In this document: positions 28,966-38,604 of the stretch, piece by piece
Layout of the letters: the number at the start of each line of letters is the position of its first letter
Numbering within the stretch: the first letter of the stretch is position 1
Assembly (NCBI GenBank): GCA_964552555.1
Contig: CAZKGK010000001.1
Span: 78,851-142,850 of the forward strand
Reading direction: 5' to 3'
Source of the DNA: an uncultured Candidatus Saccharibacteria bacterium
GTDB taxonomy: Bacteria; Patescibacteriota; Saccharimonadia; Saccharimonadales; UBA4665
Length of the DNA stretch: 64,000 nucleotides
Made by a program: the position numbers and the translations under genes
Notes under the pieces: model-generated
Database searches by the model: none
What the model was told of the DNA's origin: nothing
Seen by the model: only the letters and a program-made list of their open reading frames with translations

Positions 28966-31731
28966 ATGGACCCGTATCAGGCAATAATCGCTTTCTGGCG
29001 TGACTGTATTAAATCCGAAAGCGCTCTTGAACAAAGTTTTGTCGTGCATACTTCCAAATTTAGCCTGGCCTCAAGAGTCAGAACGGAATTATTTGAAGGG
29101 CCCCAAGACCCCTTTATCTTTGCCGAAAGCGATTTCACCTATACCCTACAGAACGGCAAAACCTATGATCTGGTTACTCGATCAAAACTAAAAGGCCAAG
29201 AGGTGTACTTCGGTTATCCCATGCTGATGTTTACCGAAAACAAAAAGAACAAAATCGCCCCACTATTCGTAATGAGGCTTGATGTTGAGGTAGGGGAGAG
29301 TGAAACGGTTCTTGCGAGAGGAGAGTCCACGCCGACGCTAGGGGCCAACGCATTTGAAAAACTAGGCCTAAAGCAAGAAGAAATCATTGCCCTCAATACG
29401 GCTGTTGGCGAAATATTTGAAGCTAACAAAAAACCAAAGCTGGAAACAATTCTGTATCTGCTTAAAAAAGAGACTCAGCTAACATTCGTCGAAGGAATTG
29501 ATCCACAAAACCTATCAACGACCGACAACATCCATCCATATAGTGGCACCGTCATATATAACAAGGCCGTACTATATGCGAGCGAGGCTTCAGCCTACAA
29601 TCTCCATATCCTAAATGACTTAGAAAAACTGGTCAAAAGGACCGATCTAGCAAGCAGTTCGCTGCGTTATATTGGTACACCAACCGCAAACGGATATAGC
29701 GACTTTACGCCCGTATTACCGTTCCAGTTCGACGAGTACCAGCTCCGAGCCATTCAACATATCCTTGGTAGCGAGCTGACTGTGGTCACCGGCCCACCCG
29801 GGACAGGGAAGAGCCAATTCATAGCCAACCTCATCATCAATCTTTTTCTCTTGAAGAAAAAAGTACTTTTTGTCAGCCATACCGGTGAAGCGGTACGCGT
29901 AGTGAACGAACGTATCAACGATAATTTCGCGAACCTTATGATGCAGACCGGAAAAAAGGAAATCCGCCAAGATCTCGGGCGACGTCTTGAAGAAATGGTC
30001 AGTCAATACAATGATCAGCAGACCGCACCAATATCAGATTTTTCTCTCAGGGATATAACAAAGAATTGGCATGACATTCAAGAAGACGCCAACTACGTTC
30101 GACATAACAATACAATGTATAGGCTGCTATCGCGCGCACTACAAAGCCAGCAAAATCAAAAACGCAGAACAGGCATGCTCTCTTGGGTAGCCGCTTTCGT
30201 AGTCGGCATACAGGTAGCCGCCTTGTCGCAGGGCATACGTAAAAGGCGAGCAACCCACACAGTATTAGAAACTATTGAACAAGCGAAGCAATTTCATGTA
30301 GAGATAAGTCGCTCTTATGTGGAGGCGAACTACTTATCACTCATACTTGAGAACGGACTCTATGGACAATTATTGTCCTATATCGACGCCGTACAAAATA
30401 AAAAATCTAATGGATACCAATCAGGTAGAAGCGATAAATACGTCAGTGCGGCACTCAAGGCCATGAATATATGGTCATGCACGCTTAAATCGCTAGCGGC
30501 CACATTCCCGCTACAGGCAGACTTGTTCGACTACGTCATCTTTGACGAAGCTTCTCAGATTGACCTGCCATCAGCAGCACCAGCTCTTTACCGCGCCCAT
30601 AACATGGTCGTGGTCGGTGATGAAAACCAGTTGAATCATATCGCCAAGATCAATCAGAAGCTGGAGGATGAACTTGCCGAAAAATATGGGCTTCCGGGCC
30701 ACGACTTTTACCCAGCACTCACTCGGTATAGTGACGTCTCTCTATTTAATTCAGCAAAGAAAGCGCTGACCGAACCAGAGCAAGAACTCAAAAATCACTA
30801 TCGTTCCAATACCCTGATCGCAAATCTATTTAGTGATGTCTTTTACGGTGGTAAATTACGCATTTATGAACCCGCCTCCAAACTGCCAGAAAGCATGGAG
30901 CCAGGCGTCAAGTGGATCGACGTAAAAGGGGCAGCATACAAATATAAATCAGGCAGTCGGTACAATAGACAAGAAATTGCATATATCGTAAAAATATTGG
31001 AACGGCTGTTGCCCATTGCCAACCAACGCGATCTCACCGTTGGCATCACCACGCCATATGCAAAACAGCGAAATCTTATCGCCGATGAGTTAGCCAAAAA
31101 ATTCGAACCGGAGGCGCTCAACAGCGTACGCGTACTGACCGTACATCAATTTCAAGGATCAGAAGTCGATGTGTTACTCTTCTCACCCGTCTTAGCTCAA
31201 AAGGGAGATGGCAACTCAGACTATTGGTATATCAGCAACAAACAGATACTCAATGTGGCGATCTCTCGCGCAAAACACCTGCTACTCATTCTTGGAGACT
31301 TAGAGTATGCATTGCATGGTCAATCTAAACTCAAAGATATTGCAGAATATTGTAATGCACTCGGCCAACAGGAGGAACGGCCCGTACCCAATAGGCCGAT
31401 GAACATCTTCGAACAAAAACTCCTGGGCATCCTTAAGAAAGCCGTGCCGAAGAGCTACACTATTGAACCGCAGTATGTTACTGGCAATCGATTCACACTC
31501 GACTTTGCCCTCATCTCAAAAAAGGAAACAATCGCAGTCGAATTGGATGGTAGGCAACACGAAATTATCGGGGGCATCCCAGTGTTTGAAGATAAGCAAC
31601 GCGACGCCTATCTGCTGGCTCATGGATGGTTTATCATTAGAATAACGGTTTATGACTTGTTGCAGAATCCGACACGAATTGCAAAACTATTCGAAGAAAT
31701 CGAAACCAGGCAAGCCCGGTCCTTCTCTTGA
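28966..31731 (+). CDS. Superfamily-1 (UPF1/DNA2-like) helicase fused to a C-terminal DUF559/Vsr-like endonuclease
   Basis: GPPGTGKS, IFDEASQ, VGDENQL, NHYRS, TVHQFQGSE and NVAISRAK; C-terminal LDFA...AVELDGRQH...DKQRDAYL...GWFIIRI. Confidence 0.88.
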   Translation: MDPYQAIIAFWRDCIKSESALEQSFVVHTSKFSLASRVRTELFEGPQDPFIFAESDFTYTLQNGKTYDLVTRSKLKGQEVYFGYPMLMFTENKKNKIAPLFVMRLDVEVGESETVLARGESTPTLGANAFEKLGLKQEEIIALNTAVGEIFEANKKPKLETILYLLKKETQLTFVEGIDPQNLSTTDNIHPYSGTVIYNKAVLYASEASAYNLHILNDLEKLVKRTDLASSSLRYIGTPTANGYSDFTPVLPFQFDEYQLRAIQHILGSELTVVTGPPGTGKSQFIANLIINLFLLKKKVLFVSHTGEAVRVVNERINDNFANLMMQTGKKEIRQDLGRRLEEMVSQYNDQQTAPISDFSLRDITKNWHDIQEDANYVRHNNTMYRLLSRALQSQQNQKRRTGMLSWVAAFVVGIQVAALSQGIRKRRATHTVLETIEQAKQFHVEISRSYVEANYLSLILENGLYGQLLSYIDAVQNKKSNGYQSGRSDKYVSAALKAMNIWSCTLKSLAATFPLQADLFDYVIFDEASQIDLPSAAPALYRAHNMVVVGDENQLNHIAKINQKLEDELAEKYGLPGHDFYPALTRYSDVSLFNSAKKALTEPEQELKNHYRSNTLIANLFSDVFYGGKLRIYEPASKLPESMEPGVKWIDVKGAAYKYKSGSRYNRQEIAYIVKILERLLPIANQRDLTVGITTPYAKQRNLIADELAKKFEPEALNSVRVLTVHQFQGSEVDVLLFSPVLAQKGDGNSDYWYISNKQILNVAISRAKHLLLILGDLEYALHGQSKLKDIAEYCNALGQQEERPVPNRPMNIFEQKLLGILKKAVPKSYTIEPQYVTGNRFTLDFALISKKETIAVELDGRQHEIIGGIPVFEDKQRDAYLLAHGWFIIRITVYDLLQNPTRIAKLFEEIETRQARSFS

Positions 31732-31744
31732 CACTGACTTGTCC

Positions 31745-32986
31745 CTAGACACCGACAAAGGCAGTAACTTCCTGCAATACCTGAGTTCTCAGCGTTTCAG
31801 TAACTACAGACATGTCATGATGCATATCCGTTCTAAGATGAGCAACGGTGTCATCAGGATGAGCCTCGGTACGCCCACCTACTAGTGAGGCGCCAATAAT
31901 AACCGTGCCGCTAGCTACTAAACGCTCCGAGGCTGGGTATATAGGTACGCTCCCTTGAGAAAGGCCGGCAGTATCGGTGTTGTACAGTAAATGGGTAAAG
32001 TCTTGGCTCATGTCCCCCCGCATTGAGGCCACACTCGCTTCAAAAGTTAATCCAGGAGTAGTAGCTTCTTCCTTCAAGTTCATAATTCCTACTCTACGAG
32101 ACCCTTTATGCCGCGCTTGCTCTGCGAATGCCTCCTGAGCCCCAGTAGGCTTCAATGCGGGCGCAATGGATGTCCTCTGACTCCCAGGGCCGATCACGAC
32201 AACGTGTGCGTTCATAATCACCGCAGCAGCCTCCGTGCTAATGGTAGGTGCGGGGCGATCTTCAATGCTCGCAAGATACTCGGCCACCTCATGTGGGTCA
32301 TCGATAATTTTATCCCGTATCTCCCCGGCCTCAAGCCAAATATTCGTACCAGTTGGGTGAGCACGCATGACATAGTCATCAATACGACCTTCTCCAATAA
32401 CAACCTGGTTGAGCCATGGATCATACATGACGACGTTATGGGGCGTAGCAGTAACGGGCACGACATCCACTCTCGTGTCCAACAAGCCATTTGCTTCTCT
32501 TACGGCAGCCATACTATCGTCCCCATGATCGAGTCGTAACGCTGTCAGTATAAGATTGCCATACCTCAGGCTACGGAGGCCACGACGTCGCGCAATCAAT
32601 TCATCACTCAACGCAGCCACATCATCAAGCAGTCTACTAGCCCTATCGGTATCTTTACCGGTCGTCACCAGATTGCCAAGCATGCGTTCGTTCAGCTCGC
32701 GTATATCCTCTGTCGTTGTAGCTTCACTAAAACGCTGATTAGCAAATAAATCACCTGCAGCTTCGTTGGCGGCCGTCTCTCCCACAATTTTGCTTACATC
32801 ACCAAACGCCGGGCCACCAAACTCTTTGCAAATAATTTTAGTTCCACCACCACCGTCACCCATAGGCACGACGATCGATACGTTCGCGTCAGGGAAGCCA
32901 TTAGCAAGGCCTACGCCCAGCACTGAGCCGCCGCTGCCGCCGCCGAAGCCGCAAATGTTCAATCTATTTGTCTGTTCTATAGCCAT
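31745..32986 (-). CDS. YvcK/GlmR (CofD-like, UPF0052) family protein
   Basis: GFGGGSGG, VPMGDGGGG, GEGRID and VVIGPGSQRTSI. Start taken at ATG 32986. Confidence 0.8.
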   Translation of the reverse strand: MAIEQTNRLNICGFGGGSGGSVLGVGLANGFPDANVSIVVPMGDGGGGTKIICKEFGGPAFGDVSKIVGETAANEAAGDLFANQRFSEATTTEDIRELNERMLGNLVTTGKDTDRASRLLDDVAALSDELIARRRGLRSLRYGNLILTALRLDHGDDSMAAVREANGLLDTRVDVVPVTATPHNVVMYDPWLNQVVIGEGRIDDYVMRAHPTGTNIWLEAGEIRDKIIDDPHEVAEYLASIEDRPAPTISTEAAAVIMNAHVVVIGPGSQRTSIAPALKPTGAQEAFAEQARHKGSRRVGIMNLKEEATTPGLTFEASVASMRGDMSQDFTHLLYNTDTAGLSQGSVPIYPASERLVASGTVIIGASLVGGRTEAHPDDTVAHLRTDMHHDMSVVTETLRTQVLQEVTAFVGV

Positions 32987-33091
32987 ATGTAGTTGCAGTA
33001 CTGTTTTATACCAAAGGGCACGCAAGCCTACAAGAGTAATTGGCAACAATAAAATGACAATTTTTTATCTGTTAATGATACAATTGTAGAA

Positions 33092-33850
33092 ATGGAAAGT
33101 GACAATAAATTAGTTGAACTGCTAACCGACCTCAAATTAGCTCCCGCAGATGCGGCCACCTATGTCACGCTGCTGCAAAATAACAGTCTTTCGATTCGTA
33201 AAATTGCCGCTCGTACCGGTATCAATCGTGGCACTACGCATGAGGCTCTCAAGCGCTTGCTTGTCACGGGGCTAGTCAGCGTTGTGCAACGCGGGCAACG
33301 CGAATACTATACCGCCGAATCACCGGAAAAAATATACGATCTCATTCGTGACAAACGTCGCGATTTACTAGATGTCTCCGAAGCAGCCAAAGCCATCATA
33401 CCTAGCATCCTAGCCAAGCACACTCGTCCCACCGGACGCCCCGTCGTTCGCTATTACGATGGGGACGATGGCGTTGCAACTATTCTCAAAGACGTCCTTG
33501 AGACCTGTCGCGGGCTAGAAGACCCACTCTATTATTGCTATTCTTCAAGCCGCATTCGCCAATACCTCTATCGTGAATTTCCACAATTTACCCAGCGACG
33601 TATTGCAGCAGAAATCATGGTAAAAGTCATTGGCATGAGTCAGGGCGGGGAAGTAGCTCATAAATCCGAGCGCAAATGGCTTTCCAACTCCTCAAGCGTC
33701 GATGCTTCTAGCTATACATTAATCTATGGTAATAAGGTGGCCGTTATCTCTATTTCAAGCGACCTTACGCCGTATGGCGTAGTGGTCGAGGATCCAGCAG
33801 CGGCAGCCATGCAACGCCTCATCTTTGAACAGCTCTGGCAATACCTATAG
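33092..33850 (+). CDS. TrmB-family transcriptional regulator
   Basis: N-terminal wHTH (IAARTGINRGTTHEALKRL...YYTAESPEKI) and C-terminal IYGNKVAVIS sensor domain. Confidence 0.88.
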   Translation: MESDNKLVELLTDLKLAPADAATYVTLLQNNSLSIRKIAARTGINRGTTHEALKRLLVTGLVSVVQRGQREYYTAESPEKIYDLIRDKRRDLLDVSEAAKAIIPSILAKHTRPTGRPVVRYYDGDDGVATILKDVLETCRGLEDPLYYCYSSSRIRQYLYREFPQFTQRRIAAEIMVKVIGMSQGGEVAHKSERKWLSNSSSVDASSYTLIYGNKVAVISISSDLTPYGVVVEDPAAAAMQRLIFEQLWQYL

Positions 33851-33904
33851 ATCCCCCCACGTGTAATGCCAAAAATGGCGCTCAAAGAAGACTAGCGTAC
33901 GGGC

Positions 33905-35443
33905 TTAGGGTTGCGGGATCGGAGTCCCGTTATGGTCAAGATTATTGCTCCAGCTCGCGATAATAAAGCCGGGCTCTCTTTCAACATCCGTATAGAACGG
34001 CACGCCAAAAACATTATCCTGTATGACTGCACCGGTTGCAGGTTCTTCTAGGCGCATAGTAATCGAACCGCCAAACAGATTATTGCCAATAATCTCAGGA
34101 TTCGTTGCAGTACTGCCACCGGCTGGCTGGATAAAAATAGAACCATTTTGATGCACACCGTCACAGGGCAGCCCATTAGAGCTAATATCTATACGGTTAT
34201 AACGAATTGCTAACCCACTGCCACCATAATATTGTATGCCGTCATTATGCGTCTCGTTTGGAGACACACCGAGTAGGGCAGGGCCGTGAATATAGTTTTG
34301 CTCAATGAGCGAACTATCGAATATGCCTATCCCATCAGGGTAGCCCGAAATGTCGCAACGAGTAATGACCGTTGCAGTACCTTGGTCCGAACCGATAGCA
34401 CTATTACCCCAGTTAGGTGTAGGAGGGGGGTCACCCGTCTTGTACGTTATAGTCGTATCCGTAATAGTACCCGTGCCATTACGGATAAGTATGGCCGAGA
34501 ACGAAAATTGATTTCCCTCAACCATACAATTACGAACAGTCAGATTGGCGCCATAGCAGTCGATGCCGCCCTTCACAGAATAGCCGCTCAGTTCTACATC
34601 ATCGGCATTAACCCGCAGGTACCCATTCTCCCAAACGGTTCCGACGGGAGTAGGGGCCGTGCCATCAATAATAGTGAGGGCATTCACCTTGCCTAGGTAC
34701 CCAACTTGCCCCGGATTGGGAACTGTATTCGGCGCAAGCGTGAATACTTCTGGAATGATCTGCACGTTGAAAAAAGATGCAAATGCCGAATGCGAGGGTG
34801 GATTGCTCGTGCTGGTACCGAGCGGAGATATAGCCAGTGAAACAGCAGCGTAGTTATTATTAGAGCTGCTGCTTGCTGTCGCCGTCCTCGTACCCGTGCT
34901 GCCTGCCGCACCCAGCACCTCACTGTCTACCGAGCCAAAGACAAAAGCAGAAGTAATATCACCTTGCTCGATCATCCCACCCGCCGGGGTATATGAAAGG
35001 GCGAAGTCACTTGTTGACGACCACGCGCAAAGCAGCAAACAGCCGCTCGCCGTAGTAGTCACATCGGGAGCAACATGAGCAAGCTGAGCAGAACCTCCGT
35101 CAAACCAAACCGGGCCAACGTTCACTGGAACCGTTACATCCTGGCCACTGATTGCTACCACAACAACTACGGAGGTATCATCTTGTCCGAATATGTATGA
35201 GGCAGGCTCAGATCCACCGGCGACCTTGTACCAAACCTTACCAAAAGGGTTACCACTAGCACCGGTATGCGTACCAACAAGCGCCCAACCCGCCGGCGCT
35301 GTCATAGCAGCCAGTGAGCCAAAGGGATCTTCGAAGTGTAAGGCCACTAATAAGTCACCGCTAACTACGCCCGCTGGCCTTGTAACTATTACACTCCCAG
35401 AATTTGCAAGAGCACTGGAGGCAGATCGAACAGCAATTGCCAT
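33905..35443 (-). CDS. Two-domain protein: beta-sandwich N-terminus plus right-handed parallel beta-helix
   Basis: N-terminal RPAGVVSGDLLVAL...APAGWALV...VWYKVA; C-terminal IEQNYIH...HNDGIQYYGG...IRYNRI beta-helix turns. Start taken at ATG 35443. Confidence 0.7.
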   Translation of the reverse strand: MAIAVRSASSALANSGSVIVTRPAGVVSGDLLVALHFEDPFGSLAAMTAPAGWALVGTHTGASGNPFGKVWYKVAGGSEPASYIFGQDDTSVVVVVAISGQDVTVPVNVGPVWFDGGSAQLAHVAPDVTTTASGCLLLCAWSSTSDFALSYTPAGGMIEQGDITSAFVFGSVDSEVLGAAGSTGTRTATASSSSNNNYAAVSLAISPLGTSTSNPPSHSAFASFFNVQIIPEVFTLAPNTVPNPGQVGYLGKVNALTIIDGTAPTPVGTVWENGYLRVNADDVELSGYSVKGGIDCYGANLTVRNCMVEGNQFSFSAILIRNGTGTITDTTITYKTGDPPPTPNWGNSAIGSDQGTATVITRCDISGYPDGIGIFDSSLIEQNYIHGPALLGVSPNETHNDGIQYYGGSGLAIRYNRIDISSNGLPCDGVHQNGSIFIQPAGGSTATNPEIIGNNLFGGSITMRLEEPATGAVIQDNVFGVPFYTDVEREPGFIIASWSNNLDHNGTPIPQP

Positions 35444-35445
35444 AG

Positions 35446-36186
35446 CTAGTAGCCCTTGATAAAGGCTATGACATACCACTTACTACTAATCGAGTTATAT
35501 ATGGCACCCATAAAGTCCCTCTTGCCGCCAATAGTAGTAAGAGTTACTGAACTAATATCCGTACCGATTGCAAAAGCCGAACCAAGGGTGATAACCCGCG
35601 TGCCTGTAGCATCCTGAATAAATTCCCACATTACCTTTTGTCCATCAGAAGGATTCGTTGGATTCGCTAGCGTACGATTTCCGCCAAGCGTTACTCTAAA
35701 ATGCGTCCCCAAGCTCGCATCAGTAGCGATGGTTGCAGCATCAGTTAGAACGACCGGTGCAGGTGCCGCAGGCAAGTCTGTTGCTTTAAATTTAACCGCC
35801 GAAGCCGACCATGTGATGACCTGTGCGTTGGTCGGAGGCGTGGTATTATCGTAGTCGCTCAGATTCGTTATAGCGTGATTGTGATTACCCAACGCAACCT
35901 GCGATGCGCCCACGCCGGTAGGCAACTGCAGGACTGGGACTTGCGTGCCACTATCCAGTGAAGCTACACCGTTGGCTGCGCCTCGTGCAGCGCTGCTTAA
36001 CTTGCCCGCAAGATCAGTTGACAGATTCTGAATTTTGGCCTGCGGTATAGTGCCATCAACAATTTGGGCTGGCCCTACGGAGCCGGCTTTCAAATTACCC
36101 GAGCTATCAAGGGCCTGAGAGAGATATTCATTTAGAACAGCTCCCCAAGTATTATTGTCGGAACCAGGGACTGGCAATCGTGGCAT
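35446..36186 (-). CDS. Tail-fibre-like protein
   Basis: N-terminal MPRLPVPGSDNNTWGAVLNEYL, then GAANGVASLD, then C-terminal LTDAATIATDASLG..FRVTLGGNRTLANPTN...QDATGTR; these motifs are familiar from phage tail/fibre proteins. Confidence 0.6.
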   Translation of the reverse strand: MPRLPVPGSDNNTWGAVLNEYLSQALDSSGNLKAGSVGPAQIVDGTIPQAKIQNLSTDLAGKLSSAARGAANGVASLDSGTQVPVLQLPTGVGASQVALGNHNHAITNLSDYDNTTPPTNAQVITWSASAVKFKATDLPAAPAPVVLTDAATIATDASLGTHFRVTLGGNRTLANPTNPSDGQKVMWEFIQDATGTRVITLGSAFAIGTDISSVTLTTIGGKRDFMGAIYNSISSKWYVIAFIKGY

Positions 36187-36567
36187 ATGACCTCTCGGTA
36201 GATTGTAACATATGCATTATAGCGCAGACCCCAGGGATCTGCGCGGTCTACTTAGTGCAATATGATGGGCAAAAGTACAAACAGTCTAAACAAATTACAC
36301 CAGCGAGAAACGCCCAGCGTAACAATAACGTGAGGCCTGTTCAGACGCCGCATGCTAGGATCTACGATACCCGTATAGCTGCACGTACTAGGACAAGCAA
36401 GTAATCGAACTGAACTAGTAGGAAAGTTAAGCTCAATATTTTGAAGTTCTTTGCTTTTATGTAGCAGCCTGCGGGATGGTCAAACCAAAAAAAGATTAAG
36501 CAATCTTTGAATAAAAATCCTTGAAAGTGATGTGGTATATAATCGACTCATAAACAAGGAGCAATCG

Positions 36568-36717
36568 ATGGGCGAGATATTTCCTGAAACAATCAAGCTA
36601 GGATCAACCGAACAGTTTGATCCACGCTGCAGCATGGCACTGAGCAAAAAAATAACCCCAGTGGCGATGGCATCATTGACGACGCCAGGGAACACGGTCT
36701 TTCTCCTACATGCATGA
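36568..36717 (+). CDS. Small protein (49 aa) or frameshifted 5' fragment
   Basis: TATAAT at 36538-36543 and AAGGAG at 36556-36561 precede ATG 36568; its stop overlaps the next start by 8 nt. Confidence 0.45.
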   Translation: MGEIFPETIKLGSTEQFDPRCSMALSKKITPVAMASLTTPGNTVFLLHA

Positions 36718-37234
36718 ACAAGAAGCTAGAGCTCCACAACTTACTATTCGCGAAGAGCTAAAAAACACCTTGTATGGACTTGCCACGGCAACCTTGGGGT
36801 GGGCTGGTGAATGTGTCAACGATAATGTCCACAGCTTTCGCGGTGGACCACTTGGCAATTGGAATCCGGCAGAGCATATAGGCAACGTGGGCTGGAGTGT
36901 AATTATCGGAATGACAGCCTATGCAGCCACTCAAACCCTAGAAACATCTAATAACATTCGTACGGCAAGTCTTGCACTAGCTCTAGGTGGTGGCTTGGCC
37001 TGCGGCTTTGTAGTTAATGCGGCTTGGGAAACGGATAGTGGTTCGGCCGTCACAGCCCATATTCCAGAGCGGGCGCCATTAATTGGCCAACTTAACAGCA
37101 AACGACACACTGCAGACCCTCTCGATCTTTGGATCGGGACAATTGTAAGCGGTCTTACGGCCGTCGATATGGCAAGGCGTCGTCATAGCTATTTACAAAA
37201 GAGAAAACCGCCAATATATCACACAAACACTTAA
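36710..37234 (+). CDS. Hypothetical membrane protein
   Basis: Several hydrophobic helices; EHIGNVGWS and DPLDLWIG motifs. Confidence 0.65.
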   Translation: MHEQEARAPQLTIREELKNTLYGLATATLGWAGECVNDNVHSFRGGPLGNWNPAEHIGNVGWSVIIGMTAYAATQTLETSNNIRTASLALALGGGLACGFVVNAAWETDSGSAVTAHIPERAPLIGQLNSKRHTADPLDLWIGTIVSGLTAVDMARRRHSYLQKRKPPIYHTNT

Positions 37235-37246
37235 AAGGAGTAGTCA

Positions 37247-37897
37247 ATGATCCAGCCACATCCTGAAAGAATCGAGCCAGAACCAACCGAACAATTTAGT
37301 CCCGTTAGTCTCGGCGAAGTCGCGCAAGAGGGGCAGATCGACCCCAACGTGTTCGAACAATTTAGTCCGCACGAACCGAACCCAGCCAAAAGCGAGTGGC
37401 TGCGAAGAACCGCAGCACGATGGGGGCCGCCCGTTCTCGCCACTGCCATTGCACTCACCGGCGCAGGCGCAAAGGGAGGTTGGGGCAGTGACAGCGGTAG
37501 CACCTCCGCAACCCGCAGCTGCACCCCACACTCCCGAAGTGAAGCTCGAGGTAGCGCCGTTAAGGCCGTTAAAGGCGGTGGTTTCACGCCACAACGAAAA
37601 ACAACAGGTATCGAACTACTGAGTTGCCGCGAATCAAAAGGCGACCCAGTTTCATATAGGACCGCTGGATTTGTAGCGAGCATAGGCGGAACGGCTTCTT
37701 GTGTCGTGTCTATTAGAGCCACTATGAAAGAGAACAACGCTCCAAGTTGGACGGTATATGGGCTAGGGAACAAATATACCAACGAAAAAAATGCTGGACT
37801 ATTTAATAAAATGGGCAGTCCCACAGGAGAAGAAGTACTCAATGCCGCAAAAAAGAGCTATCTCGCCAAGTTTATAGTCCAGAAGTGCGCGAGCTAA
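37247..37897 (+). CDS. Hypothetical membrane-anchored/exported protein
   Basis: AAGGAG upstream; acidic N-terminus, TM segment and a domain with four Cys. Confidence 0.6.
   Translation: MIQPHPERIEPEPTEQFSPVSLGEVAQEGQIDPNVFEQFSPHEPNPAKSEWLRRTAARWGPPVLATAIALTGAGAKGGWGSDSGSTSATRSCTPHSRSEARGSAVKAVKGGGFTPQRKTTGIELLSCRESKGDPVSYRTAGFVASIGGTASCVVSIRATMKENNAPSWTVYGLGNKYTNEKNAGLFNKMGSPTGEEVLNAAKKSYLAKFIVQKCAS
37288..37368 (+). repeat. 15-bp direct repeat CGAACAATTTAGTCC x2 (66-bp period)
   Basis: Copies at 37288-37302 and 37354-37368 each encode EQFSP. Confidence 0.9.
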
Positions 37898-37982
37898 GCT
37901 CTACCTACCAAACGTGGAACGCTTTGTAGCCAAAATGAGCTGAAGCGCTGTCAACGCTCTACAGTACTAACCTTGCGCTGCC

Positions 37983-38161
37983 CTAGATTTTCTTCCATTT
38001 CTTGTCCTGCAGGACAGAGAAAATGATGCCAGCAACAATCAGCACGAATGTAGCAGCATTTAAAGCGTTATTTTGCTTGTTACCGAGTATCAGAAAGAAC
38101 ATAGTTACACTCGCCAAGCCCCACGATATGCTTTTGCTAGTTGTAGCTTTTTTGCATTCAT
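37983..38161 (-). pseudogene. Small 2-TM membrane protein gene interrupted by a -1 frameshift at an A6 run
   Basis: ATG 38161 (TACAAT 7 nt upstream) reads MNAKK and soon stops. The -1 frame encodes ...SISWGLASVTMFFLILG...FVLIVAGIIFSVLQDKKWKKI to 37983. Confidence 0.5.
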
Positions 38162-38271
38162 GACAGTTATTGTAGCCAACTAGGAGTTGAATAATGTCAT
38201 GGTGACCGCGCGGGGCTCTACATGGAAACAATTTTGGGGGAGCATAGAGAATGAGTCAAAAACTCGAGAAA

Positions 38272-38604
38272 CTAGAGGTCTAGATATTTTCTCAACGAAG
38301 TTTGCAACGCCCGAATCTCTTCTACACTTAGAACACCGAGATCGGCAATTAAATCCGCCTGCAGCATAGTGGTCAGTCTGTGCACTCGAGCAACAGACGG
38401 CTTGAGTAAGCCAGCCTTACTCCATTCAGTAATGGCTACATCTACTTCTTCCCTTGTCAGTCTTGAGGAAACCGGCACGATTGCAATTATTTTGTGCGAA
38501 CCTTGCGGCTTGCTAACCACAACCACCGGACGAATCTTTGTTTCTCCAGAATCTAAAAAAGGAAATCGTGCAGTGTATATACCGAAGGCTTTCGGCGTAC
38601 TCAC
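38272..38604 (-). CDS. PemK/MazF-family toxin (endoribonuclease)
   Basis: FPFLDSGETKIRPVVVVS and AGLLKPSVARVHRLTT match PemK/MazF motifs. Confidence 0.88.
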   Translation of the reverse strand: MSTPKAFGIYTARFPFLDSGETKIRPVVVVSKPQGSHKIIAIVPVSSRLTREEVDVAITEWSKAGLLKPSVARVHRLTTMLQADLIADLGVLSVEEIRALQTSLRKYLDL

